Below are positions 1 through 13,800 of a DNA stretch of 64,000 bases, piece by piece; positions within the stretch are counted from its first letter, which is position 1; every line of letters starts with the position of its first letter. Both the position numbers and the translations under genes were made by a program. A model generated the notes under the pieces. It saw nothing but the letters and a program-made list of their open reading frames with translations, was not told the DNA's origin and did not search any database. Source of the stretch: the human T2T-CHM13v2.0 reference genome, Homo sapiens; NCBI RefSeq assembly GCF_009914755.1, contig NC_060925.1; one strand, written 5' to 3'.

Positions 1-261
1 AATGGAATGGAATGGAATAATCCATGGAGTCGAATGCAATCATCATCGAATGGAATCGAATGGAATCATCGAATGGACTCGAATGGAATAATCATTGAAC
101 GGAATCGAATGGAATCATCATCGGATGGAAACGAATGGAATCATCATCGAATGGAAATGAAAGGAGTCATCATCTAATGGAATTGCATGGAATCATCATC
201 AAATGGAATCGAATGGAATCAACATCAAATGGAATCAAATGGAATCATTGAACGGAATTGA

Positions 262-1569
262 ATGGAATCGTCATCGAATGAATTGAATGCAATCATCGAA
301 TGGTCTCGAATGGAATCATCTTCAAATGGAATGGAATGGAATCATCGCATAGAATCGAATGGAATTATCATCGAATGGAATCGAATGGAATCAACATCAA
401 ACGGAAAAAAACGTAATTATCGAATGGAATCGAAGAGAATCATCGAATGGACCCGAATGGAATCATCTAATGGAATGGAATGGAATAATCCATGGACTCG
501 AATGCAATCATCATCGAATGGAATCGAATGGAATCATCGAATGGACTCGAATGGAATAATCATTGAACGGAATCGAATGGAATCATCATCGGATGGAAAT
601 GAATGGAATCATCATCGAATGGAATCGAATAGAATTATGGAATGAAATCCAGTGTGATCATCATCGAATGGACACGAATGGAATCATCATCCAACGGAAG
701 CTAATGGAATCAACATCGAATGAATCAAATGGAAACACCATCGAATTGAAACGAATGGAATTACCATGAAATTGAAATGGATGGACTCATCATCAAATGG
801 ATTCGAGTGGAATCATCGAATAAAATTGATTGAAATCATCATCGAATGGAATCGAATGGTATCATTGAATGGAATCGAATGGAATCATCATCAGATGGAA
901 ATGAAAGGAATCGTCATAGAATGGAATCGAATGGATTCATTGAATGGAATCAGATGGAATCATTGAATGGACTGGAATGGAATCATTGAATGGACTCGAA
1001 AGGGATCATGATTGAATGGAATTGAATGGAATCATCGAATGGTCTCGATTGGAATCATTATCAAATGGAATCGAATGGAATCACCGAATAGAATCGAATG
1101 GAACAATCATCTAATGGACTCAAATGGAATTATCCTCAAATGGAATCGAATGGAATTATCGAATGCAATCGAATGGAATTATCGAATGCAATCGAAGAGA
1201 ATCATCGAATGGACTCGAATGGAATCATCGAATGGAATGGAATGGAACAGTCAATGAACTCGAATGGAATCATCATTGAATGGAATCGAATGGAATCATC
1301 GAGTGGAATCGAATGGAATTATGATCAAATGGAATCGAATGTAATCATCATCAAATGGAATCAAAAATAACCATCATCAATTGGTATTGAATGGAATTCT
1401 CATCAAATGGAATTCAAAGGAATCATCATCAAATGGAACCGAATGGAATCCTCATTGAATGGAAATGAAAGGGGTCATCATCTAATGGAATCGCATGGAA
1501 TCATCATCAAATGGAATCGAATGGAATCAACATCAAATGGAATCTAATGGAATCATTGAACGGAATTGA
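262..1569 (+). repeat. Example long module L (1308 bp); 36 complete copies plus a partial copy from 63648
   Basis: Anchor-to-anchor distance 262->1570. L-specific landmarks occur once per copy: gaaatccagtgtgatc, cggaagctaatgg, aataaaattgattg, ggaacagtcaatg, aaaaataaccatc, gaaaggggtc. Confidence 0.93.
702..712 (+). promoter_or_regulatory. Candidate DUX4-type motif TAATGGAATCA (example; recurs in most L modules)
   Basis: Exact match to the reported DUX4 consensus TAAYBBAATCA within gctaatggaatcaac. A second, polymorphic site lies at the L tail (e.g. 1545-1555). Binding at this locus is not shown by the sequence. Confidence 0.4.
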
Positions 1570-2037
1570 ATGGAATCGTCATCGAATGAATTGAATGCAA
1601 TCATCGAATGGTCTCGAATGGAATCATCTTCAAATGGAATGGAATGGAATCATCGCATAGAATCGAATGGAATTATCATCGAATGGAATCGAATGGAATC
1701 AACATCAAACGGAAAAAAACGGAATTATCGAATGGAATCGAAGAGAATCTTCGAACGGACCCGAATGGAATCATCTAATGGAAAGGAATGGAATAATCCA
1801 TGGACTCGAATGCAATCATCATCGAATGGAATCGAATGGAATCATCGAATGGACTCGAATGGAATAATCATTGAACGGAATCGAATGGAATCATCATCGG
1901 ATGGAAACGAATGGAATCATCATCGAATGGAAATGAAAGGAGTCATCATCTAATGGAATTGCATGGAATCATCATAAAATGGAATCGAATGGAATCAACA
2001 TCAAATGGAATCAAATGGAATCATTGAACGGAATTGA
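1570..2037 (+). repeat. Example short module S (468 bp); 35 copies including variants; homologous to the head and tail of L
   Basis: Anchor-to-anchor distance 1570->2038. It shares aaacggaaaaaaacgg and aataatccatgg with the L head and ends in gaaaggagtcatcatctaatggaattgcatgg. Confidence 0.93.
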
Positions 2038-5000
2038 ATGGAATCGTCATCGAATGAATTGAATGCAATCATCGAATGGTCTCGAATGGAATCATCTTCA
2101 AATGGAATGGAATGGAATCATCGCATAGAATCAAATGGAATTATCATCGAATGGAATCGAATGGAATCAACATCAAACGGAAAAAAACGGAATTATCGAA
2201 TGGAATCGAAGAGAATCATCGAATGGACCCGAATGGAATCATCTAATGGAATGGAATGGAATAATCCATGGACTCGAATGCAATCATCATCGAATGGAAT
2301 CGAATGGAATCATCGAATGGACTCGAATGGAATAATCATTGAACGGAATCGAATGGAATCATCATCGGATGGAAATGAAAGGAGTCATCATCTAATGGAA
2401 TTGCATGGAATCATCATAAAATGGAATCGAATGGAATCAACATCAAATGGAATCAAATGGAATCATTGAACGGAATTAAATGGAATCGTCATCGAATGAA
2501 TTGAAAGCAATCATCGAATGGTCTCGAATGGAATCATCTTCAAATGGAATGGAATGGAATCATCGCATAGAATCGAATGGAATTATCATCGAATGGAATC
2601 GAAAGGAATCAACATCAAACGGAAAAAAACGGAATTATCGAATGGAATCGAAGAGAATCATCGAATGGACCCGAATGGAATCATCTAATGGAATGGAATG
2701 GAATAATCCATGGACTCGAATGCAATCATCATCGAATGGAATCGAATGGAATCATCGAATGGACTCGAATGGAGTAATCATTGAACGGAATCGAATGGAA
2801 TCATCATCGGATGGAAATGAATGGAATCATCATCGAATGGAATCGAATAGAATTATGGAATGAAATCCAGTGTGATCATCATCGAATGGACCCGAATGGA
2901 ATCATCATCCAACGGAAGCTAATGGAATCAACATCGAATGAATCAAATGGAAACACCATCGAATTGAAACGAATGGAATTACCATGAAATTGAAATGGAT
3001 GGACTCATCATCGAATGGATTCGAATGGAATCATCGAATAAAATTGATTGAAATCATCATCGAATGGAATCGAATGGTATCATTGAATGGAATCGAATGG
3101 AATCATCATCAGATGGAAATGAATGGAATCGTCATAGAATGGAATCGAATGGATTCATTGAATGGAATCAGATGGAATCATCGAATGGACTGGAATGGAA
3201 TCATTGAATGGACTCGAAAGGGATCATGATTGAATGGAATTGAATGGAATCATCGAATGGTCTCGATTGGAATCATTATCAAATGGAATCGAATGGAATC
3301 ACCGAATAGAATCGAATGGAACAATCATCGAATGGACACAAATGGAATTATCCTCAAATGGAATCGAATGGAATTATCGAATGCAATCCAATGGAATTAT
3401 CGAATGCAATCGAATAGAATCATAGAATGGACTCGAATGGAATCATCGAATGGAATGGAATGGAACAGTCAATGAACTCGAATGGAATCATCATTGAATG
3501 GAATCGAATGGAATCATCGAGTGGAATCGAATGTAATCATCATCAAATGGAATCAAAAATAACCATCATCAAATGGAATCAAAAATAACCATCATCAATT
3601 GGTATTGAATGGAATTCTCATCAAATGGAATTCAAAGGAATCATCATCAAATGGAACCGAATGGAATCCTCATTGAATGGAAATGAAAGGGGTTATCATC
3701 TAATGGAATCGCATGGAATCATCATAAAATGGAATCGAATGGAATCAACATCAAATGGAATCAAATGGAATCATTGAACGGAATTGAATGGAATCGTCAT
3801 CGAATGAATTGAATGCAATCATCGAATGGTCTCGAATGGAATCAACTTCAAATGGAATGGAATGGAATCATCACATAGAATCGAATGGAATTATCATCGA
3901 ATGGAATCGAATGGAATCAACAGCAAACGGAAAAAAACGGAATTATCGAATGCAATCGAAGAGAATCATCGAATGGACCCGAATGGAATCATCTAATGGA
4001 ATGGAATGGAATAATCCATGGACTCGAATGCAATCATCATCGAATGGAATCGAATGGAATCATCGAATGGACTCGAATGGAATAATCATTGAACGGAATC
4101 GAATGGAATCATCATCGGATGGAAACGAATGGAATCATCATCGAATGGAATCAAATAGAATTATGGAATGAAATCCACTGTGATCATCATCGAATGGACC
4201 CGAATGGAATCATCATCCAACGGAAGCTAATGGAATCAACATCGAATGAATCAAATGGAAACACCATCGAATTGAAACGAATGGAATTACCATGAAATTG
4301 AAATGGATGGACTCATCATCAAATGGATTCGAATGGATTCATCAAATAAAATTGATTGAAATCATCATCGAATGGAATCGAATGGTATCATTGAATGGAA
4401 TCGAATGGAATCATCATCAGATGGAAATGAATGGAATCGTTATAGAATGGAATCGAATGGATTCATTGAATGGAATCAGATGGAATCATTGAATGGACTG
4501 GAATGGAATCATTGAATGGACTCGAAAGGGATCATTATTGAATGGAATTGAATGGAATCATCGAATGGTCTCGATTGGAATCATTATCAAATGGAATCGA
4601 ATGGAATCACCGAATAGAATCGAATGGAACAATCATCGAATGGACTCAAATGGAATTATCCTCCAATGGAATCGAATGGAATTATCGAATGCAATCGAAT
4701 GGAATTATCGAATGCAATCGAATAGAATCATCGAATGGACTCGAATGGAATCATCGAATGGAATGGAATGGAACAGTCAATGAACTCGAATGGAATCATC
4801 ATTGAATGGAATCGAATGGAATCATCGAGTGGAATCGAAAGGAATTATGACCAAATGGAATCGAATGTAATCATCATCAAATGGAATCAAAAATAACCAT
4901 CATCAATTGGTATTGAATGGAATTGTCATCAAATGGAATTCAAAGGAATCATCATCAAATGGAACCGAATGGAATCCTCATTGAATGGAAATGAAAGGGG

Positions 5001-7806
5001 TCATCATCTAATGGAATCGCATGGAATCATCATAAAATGGAATCGAATGGAATCATCATCAAATGGAATCAAATGGAATCATTGAACAGAATTGAATGGA
5101 ACGGTCATCGAATGAGTTGAATGCAATCATCGAATGGTCTCGAATGGAATCATCTTCTAATGGAAAGGAATGGAATCATCGCATAGAATCGAATGGAATT
5201 ATCATCGAATGGAATCGAATGGTATCAACACCAATCGGAAAAAAACGGAATTATCGAATGGAATCGAAGAGAATCTTCGAACGGACCCGAATGGAATCAT
5301 CTAATGGAATGGAATGGAATAATCCATGGACTCGAATGCAATCATCATCGAATGGAATCGAATGGAATCATCGAATGGACTCGAATGGAATAATCATTGA
5401 ACGGAATCGAATGGAATCATCATCGGATGGAAACGAATGGAATCATCATCGAATGGAAATGAAAGGAGTCATCATCTAATGGAATTGCATGGAATCATTA
5501 TAAAATGGAATCGAATGGAATCAACATCAAATGGAATCAAATGGAATCATTGAACGGAATTGAATGGAATCGTCATCGAATGAATTGAATGCAATCATCG
5601 AATGGTCTCGAATGGAATCATCTTCAAATGGAATGGAATGGAATCATCGCATAGAATCGAATGGAATTATCATCGAATGGAATCGAATGGAATCAACATC
5701 AAACGGAAAAAAACGGAATTATCGAATGGAATCGAAGAGAATCATCGAATGGACCCGAATGGAATCATCTAATGGAATGGAATGGAATAATCCATGGACT
5801 CGAATGCAATCATCATCGAATGGAATCGAATGGAATCATCGAATGGACTCGAATGGAATAATCATTGAACGGAATCGAATGGAATCATCATCGGATGGAA
5901 ACGAATGGAATCATCATCGAATGGAAATGAAAGGAGTCATCATCTAATGGAATTGCATGGAATCATCATAAAATGGAATCGAATGGAATCATCATCAAAT
6001 GGAATCAAATGGAATCATTGAACGGAATTGAATGGAATCGTCATCGAATGAATTGAATGCAATCATCGAATGGTCTCGAATGGAATCATCTTCACATGGA
6101 ATGGAATGGAATCATCGCATAGAATCGAATGGAATTATCATCGAATGGAATCGAATGGTATCAACATCAAACGGAAAAAAACGGAATTATCGAATGGAAT
6201 CAAAGAGAATCTTCGAACGGACCCGAATGGAATCATCTAATGGAATGGAATGGAATAATCCATGGACTCGAATGCAATCATCATCGAATGGAATCGAATG
6301 GAATCATTGAAAGGACTCGTATGGAATAATCATTGAACGGAATCGAATGGAATCATCATCGGATGGAAATGAATGGAATCATCATCGAATGGAATCGAAT
6401 AGAATTATGGAATGAAATCCAGTGTGATCATCATCGAATGGACCCGAATGGAATCATCATCCAACGGAAGCTAATGGAATCAACATCCAATGAATCGAAT
6501 GGAAACACCATCGAATTGAAACGAATGGAATTATCATGAAATTGAAATGGATGGACTCATCATCGAATGGATTCGAATGGAATCATCGAATAAAATTGAT
6601 TGAAATCATCATCGAATGGAATCGAATGGTATCATTGAATGGAATCGAATGGAATCATCATCAGATGGAAATGAATGGAATCGTCATAGAATGGAATCGA
6701 ATGGATTCATTGAATGGAATCAGATGGAATCATCGAATGGACTGGAATGGAATCATTGAATGGACTCGAAAGGGATCATTATTGAATGGAATTGAATGGA
6801 ATCATCGAATGGTCTCGATTGGAATCATTATCAAATGGAATCGAATGGAATCACCGAATAGAATCGAATGGAACAATCATCGAATGGACTCAAATGGAAT
6901 TATCCTCAAATAGAATCGAATGGAATTATCGAATGCAATCGAATGGAATTATCGAATGCAATCGAATAGAATCATCGAATGGACTCGAATGGAATCATCG
7001 AATGGAATGGAATGGAACAGTCAATAAACTCGAATGGAATCATCATTGAATGGAATCGAATGGAATCATCGAGTGGAATCGAATGGAATTATGATCAAAT
7101 GGAATCGAATGTAATCATCATCAAATGGAATCAAAAATAACCATCATCAATTGGTATTGAATGGAATTGTCATCAAATGGAATTCAAAGGAATCATCATC
7201 AAATGGAACCGAATGGAATCCTCATTGAATGGAAATGAAAGGGGTCATCATCTAATGGAATCGCATGGAATCATCATCAAATGGAATCGAATGGAATCAT
7301 CATCAAATGGAATCGAATGGAATCATTGAAAGAATTGAATGGAATCATCATCGAATGAATTGAATGCAATCATCGAATGGTCTCGAATGGAATCATCTTC
7401 TAATGGAAAGGAATGGAATCATCGCATAGAATCGAATGGAATTATCATCGAATGGAATCGAATGGTATCAACACCAAACGGAAAAAAACGGAATTATCGA
7501 ATGGAATCGAAGAGAATCTTCGAACGGACCCGAATGGAATCATCTAATGGAATGGAATGGAATAATCCATGGAGTCGAATGCAATCATCATCGAATGGAA
7601 TCGAATGGAATCATCGAATGGACTCGAATGGAATAATCATTGAACGGAATCGAATGGAATCATCATCGGATGGAAACGAATGGAATCATCATCGAATGGA
7701 AATGAAAGGAGTCATCATCTAATGGAATTGCATGGAATCATCATCAAATGGAATCGAATGGAATCAACATCAAATGGAATCAAATGGAATCATTGAACGG
7801 AATTGA

Positions 7807-10800
7807 ATGGAATCGTCATCGAATGAATTGAATGCAATCATCGAATGGTCTCGAATGGAATCATCTTCAAATGGAATGGAATGGAATCATCGCATAGAAT
7901 CGAATGGAATTATCATCGAATGGAATCGAATGGAATCAACATCAAACGGAAAAAAACGGAATTATCGAATGGAATCGAAGAGAATCATCGAATGGACCCG
8001 AATGGAATCATCTAATGGAATGGAATGGAATAATCCATGGACTCGAATGCAATCATCATCGAATGGAATCGAATGGAATCATCGAATGGACTCGAATGGA
8101 ATAATCATTGAACGGAATCGAATGGAATCATCATCGGATGGAAATGAATGGAATCATCATCGAATGGAATCGAATAGAATTATGGAATGAAATCCAGTGT
8201 GATCATCATCGAATGGACCCGAATGGAATCATCATCCAACGGAAGCTAATGGAATCAACATCGAATGAATCAAATGGAAACACCATCGAATTGAAACGAA
8301 TGGAATTACCATGAAATTGAAATGGATGGACTCATCCTCAAATGGATTCGAGTGGAATCATCAAATAAAATTGATTGAAATCATCATCGAATGGAATCGA
8401 ATGGTATCATTGAATGGAATCGAATGGAATCATCATCAGATGGAAATGAAAGGAATCGTCATAGAATGGAATCGAATGGATTCATTGAATGGAATCAGAT
8501 GGAATCATTGAATGGACTGGAATGGAATCATTGAATGGACTCGAAAGGGATCATTATTGAATGGAATTGAATGGAATCATCGAATGGTCTCGATTGGAAT
8601 CATTATCAAATGGAATCGAATGGAATCACCAAATAGAATCGAATGGAACAATCATCGAATGGACTCAAATGGAATTATCCTCAAATGGAATTGAATGGAA
8701 TTATCGAATGCAATCGAATGGAATTATCGAATGCAATCGAATAGAATCATCGAATGGACTCGAATGGAATCATCGAATGGAATGGAATGGAACAGTCAAT
8801 GAACTCGAATGGAATCATCATTGAATGGAATCGAATGGAATCATCGAGTGGAATCGAATGTAATCATCATCAAATGGAATCAAAAATAACCATCATCAAA
8901 TGGAATCAAAAATAACCATCATCAATTGGTATTGAATGGAATTCTCATCAAATGGAATTCAAAGGAATCATCATCAAATGGAACCGAATGGAATCCTCAT
9001 TGAATGGAAATGAAAGGGGTCATCATCTAATGGAATCGCATGGAATCATCATCAAATGGAATCGAATGGAATCAACATCAAATGGAATCAAATGGAATCA
9101 TTGAACGGAATTGAATGGAATCGTCATCGAATGAATTGAATGCAATCATCGAATGGTCTCGAATGGAATCATCTTCAAATGGAATGGAATGGAATCATCG
9201 CATAGAATCGAAAGGAATTATCATGGAATGGAATCGAATGGAATCAACAGCAAACGGAAAAAAACGGAATTATCGAATGGAATCGAAGAGAATCATCGAA
9301 TGGACCCGAATGGAATCATCTAATGGAATGGAATGGAATAATCCATGGACTCGAATGCAATCATCATCGAATGGAATCGAATGGAATCATCCAATGGACT
9401 CGAATGGAATAATCATTGAACGGAATCGAATGGAATCATCATCGGATGGAAATGAATGGAATCATCATCGAATGGAATCGAATAGTATTATGGAATGAAA
9501 TCCAGTGTGATCATCATCGAATGGACCCGAATGGAATCATCATCCAACGGATGCTAATGGGATCAACATCGAATGAATCAAATGGAAACACCATCGAATT
9601 GAAACGAATGGAATTACCATGAAATTGAAATGGATGGACTCATCATCGAATGGATTCGAAAGGAATCATCGAATAAAATTGATTGAAATCATCATCGAAT
9701 GGAATCGAATGGTATCATTGAATGGAATCGAATGGAATCATCATCAGATGGAAATGAATGGAATCGTCATAGAATGGAATCGAATGGATTCATTGAATGG
9801 AATCAGATGGAATCATCGAATGGACTGGAATGGAATCATTGAATGGACTCGAAAGGGATCATTATTGAATGGAATTGAATGGAATCATCGAATGGTCTCG
9901 ATTGGAATCATTATAAAATGGAATCGAATGGAATCACCGAATAGAATCGAATGGAACAATCATCGAATGGACTCAAATGGAATTATCCTCAAATGGAATT
10001 GAATGGAATTATCGAATGCAATCGAATGGAATTATCGAATGCAATCGAATAGAATCATCGAATGGACTCGAATGGAATCATCGAATGGAATGGAATGGAA
10101 CAGTCAATGAACTCGAATGGAATCATCATTGAATGGAATCGAATGGAATCATCGAGTGGAATCGAATGTAATCATCATCAAATGGAATCAAAAATAACCA
10201 TCATCAAATGGAATCAAAAATAACCATCATCAATTGGTATTGAATGGAATTCTCATCAAATGGAATTCAAAGGAATCATCATCAAATGGAACCGAATGGA
10301 ATCCTCATTGAATGGAAATGAAAGGGGTCATCATCTAATGGAATCGCATGGAATCATCATCAAATGGAATCGAATGGAATCAACATCAAATGGAATCAAA
10401 TGGAATCATTGAACGGAATTGAATGGAATCGTCATTGAATGAATTGAATACAATCATCGAATGGTCTCGAATGGAATCATCTTCAAATGGAATGGAATGG
10501 AATCATCGCATAGAATCGAATGGAATTTTCATCGAATGGAATCGAATGGAATCAACATCAAACGGAAAAAAACGGAATTATCGAATGGAATCGAAGATAA
10601 TCACCGAATGGACCCGAATGGAATCATCTAATGGAATGGAATGGAATAATCCATGGACTCGAATGCAATCATCATCGAATGGAATCGAATGGAATCATCG
10701 AATGGACTCGAATGGAATAATCATTGAACGGAATCGAATAGAATCATCATCGGATGGAAATGAATGGAATCATCATCGAATGGAATCGAATAGAATTATG

Positions 10801-13800
10801 GAATGAAATCCAGTGTGATCATCATCGAATGGACCCGAATGGAATCATCATCCAACGGAAGCTAATGGAATCAACATCGAATGAATCAAATGGAAACACC
10901 ATCGAATTGAAACCAATGGAATTACCATGAAATTGAAATGGATGGACTCATCCTCAAATGGATTCGAGTGGAATCATCGAATAAAATTGATTGAAATCAT
11001 CATCGAATGGAATCGAATGGTATCATTGAATGGAATCGAATGGAATCATCATCAGATGGAAATGAAAGGAATCGTCATAGAATGGAATCGAATGGATTCA
11101 TTGAATGGAATCAGATGGAATCATTGAATGGACTGGAATGGAATCATTGAATGGACTCGAAAGGGATCATTATTGAATGGAATTGAATGGAATCATCGAA
11201 TGGTCTCGATTGGAATCATTATCAAATGGAATCGAATGGAATCACCGAATAGAATCGAATGGAACAATCATCGAATGGACTCAAATGGAATAATCCTCAA
11301 ATGGAATTGAATGGAATTATCGAATGCAATCGAATGGAATTATCGAATGCAATCGAATAGAATCATCGAATGGACTCGAAAGGAATCATCGAATGGAATG
11401 GAATGGAACAGTCAATGAACTCGAATGGAATCATCATTGAATGGAATCGAATGGAATCATCGAGTGGAATCGAATGTAATCATCATCAAATGGAATCAAA
11501 AATAACCATCATCAAATGGAATCAAAAATAACCATCATCAATTGGTATTGAATGGAATTCTCATCAAATGGAATTCAAAGGAATCATCATCAAATGGAAC
11601 CGAATGGAATCCTCATTGAATGGAAATGAAAGGGGTCATCATCTAATGGAATCGCATGGAATCATCATCAAATGGAATCGAATGGAATCAACATCAAATG
11701 GAATCAAATGGAATCATTGAACGGAATTGAATGGAATCGTCATCGAATGAATTGAATGCAATCATCGAATGGTCTCGAATGGAATCATCTTCAAATGGAA
11801 TGGAATGGAATCATCGCATAGAATCGAATGGAATTTTCATCGAATGGAATCGAATGGAATCAACATCAAACGGAAAAAAACGGAATTATCGAATGGAATC
11901 GAAGAGAATCACCGAATGGACCCGAATGGAATCATCTAATGGAATGGAATGGAATAATCCATGGACTCGAATGCAATCATCATCGAATGGAATCGAATGG
12001 AATCATCGAATGGACTCGAATGGAATAATCATTGAACGGAATCGAATGGAATCATCATCGGATGGAAATGAATGGAATCATCATCGAATGGAATCGAATA
12101 GAATTATGAAATGAAATCCAGTGTGATCATCATCGAATGGACCCGAATGGAATCATCATCCAACGGAAGCTAATGGAATCAACATCGAATGAATCAAATG
12201 GAAACACCATCGAATTGAAACGAATGGAATTACCATGAAATTGAAATGGATGGACTCATCCTCAAATGGATTCGAGTGGAATCATCGAATAAAATTGATT
12301 GAAATCATCATCGAATGGAATCGAATGGTATCATTGAATGGAATCGAATGGAATCATCATCAGATGGAAATGAAAGGAATCGTCATAGAATGGAATCGAA
12401 TGGATTCATTGAATGGAATCAGATGGAATCATTGAATGGACTGGAATGGAATCATTGAATGGACTCGAAAGGGATCATTATTGAATGGAATTGAATGGAA
12501 TCATCGAATGGTCTCGATTGGAATCATTATCAAATGGAATCGAAAGGAATCACCGAATAGAATCGAATGGAACAATCATCGAATGGACTCAAATGGAATT
12601 ATCCTCAAATGGAATTGAATGGAATTATCGAATGCAATCGAATGGAATTATCGAATGCAATCAATAGAATCATCGAATGGACTCGAATGGAATCATCGAA
12701 TGGAATGGAATGGAACAGTCAATGAACTCGAATGGAATCATCATTGAATGGAATCGAATGGAATCATCGAGTGGAATCGAATGTAATCATCATCAAATGG
12801 AATCAAAAATAACCATCATCAAATGGAATCAAAAATAACCATCATCAATTGGTATTGAATGGAATTCTCATCAAATGGAATTCAAAGGAATCATCATCAA
12901 ATGGAACCGAATGGAATCCTCATTGAATGGAAATGAAAGGGGTCATCATCTAATGGAATCGCATGGAATCATCATAAAATGGAATCGAATGGAATCAACA
13001 TCAAATGGAATCAAATGGAATAATTGAACGGAATTGAATGGAATCGTCATCGAATGAATTGAATGCAATCATCGAATGGTCTCGAATGGAATCATCTTCA
13101 AATGGAATGGAATGGAATCATCGCATAGAATCGAAAGGAATTATCATCGAATGGAATCGAATGGAATCAACACCAAACGGAAAAAAACGGAATTATCGAA
13201 TGGAATCGAAGAGAATCATCGAATGGACCCGAATGGAATCATCTAATGGAATGGAATGGAATAATCCATGGACTCGAATGCAATCATCATCGAATGGAAT
13301 CGAATGGAATCATCCAATGGACTCGAATGGAATAATCATTGAACGGAATCGAATGGAATCATCATCGGATGGAAATGAATGGAATCATCATCGAATGGAA
13401 TCGAATAGAATTATGGAATGAAATCCAGTGTGATCATCATCGAATGGACCCGAATGGAATCATCATCCAACGGATGCTAATGGAATCAACATCGAATGAA
13501 TCAAATGGAAACACCATCGAATTGAAACGAATGGAATTACCATGAAATTGAAATGGATGGACTCATCATCGAATGGATTCGAAAGGAATCATCGAATAAA
13601 ATTGATTGAAATCATCATCGAATGGAATCGAATGGTATCATTGAATGGAATCGAATGGAATCATCATCAGATGGAAATGAATGGAATCGTCATAGAATGG
13701 AATCGAATGGATTCATTGAATGGAATCAGATGGAATCATTGAATGGACTGGAATGGAATCATTGAATGGACTCGAAAGGGATCATTATTGAATGGAATTG

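Larger units (their letters stand above)
262..7806 (+). repeat. Irregular zone: L,S,S442,L,L,S,S,L1307,S
   Basis: Module starts at 262, 1570, 2038, 2480, 3788, 5096, 5564, 6032, 7339. Confidence 0.9.

Noticed and set aside
1376-1390. Short hairpin tcaat-tggt-attga as a terminator or structured RNA
   Set aside because: The 5-bp AT-rich stem is too weak and arises readily from CpG-decay variants tcaa/ttga of tcga.
1744-1753. Heat-shock element (aGAAtcTTCg) in S modules
   Set aside because: It has only two inverted nGAAn units, whereas a canonical HSE needs three. It is expected by chance in GAA-rich DNA.
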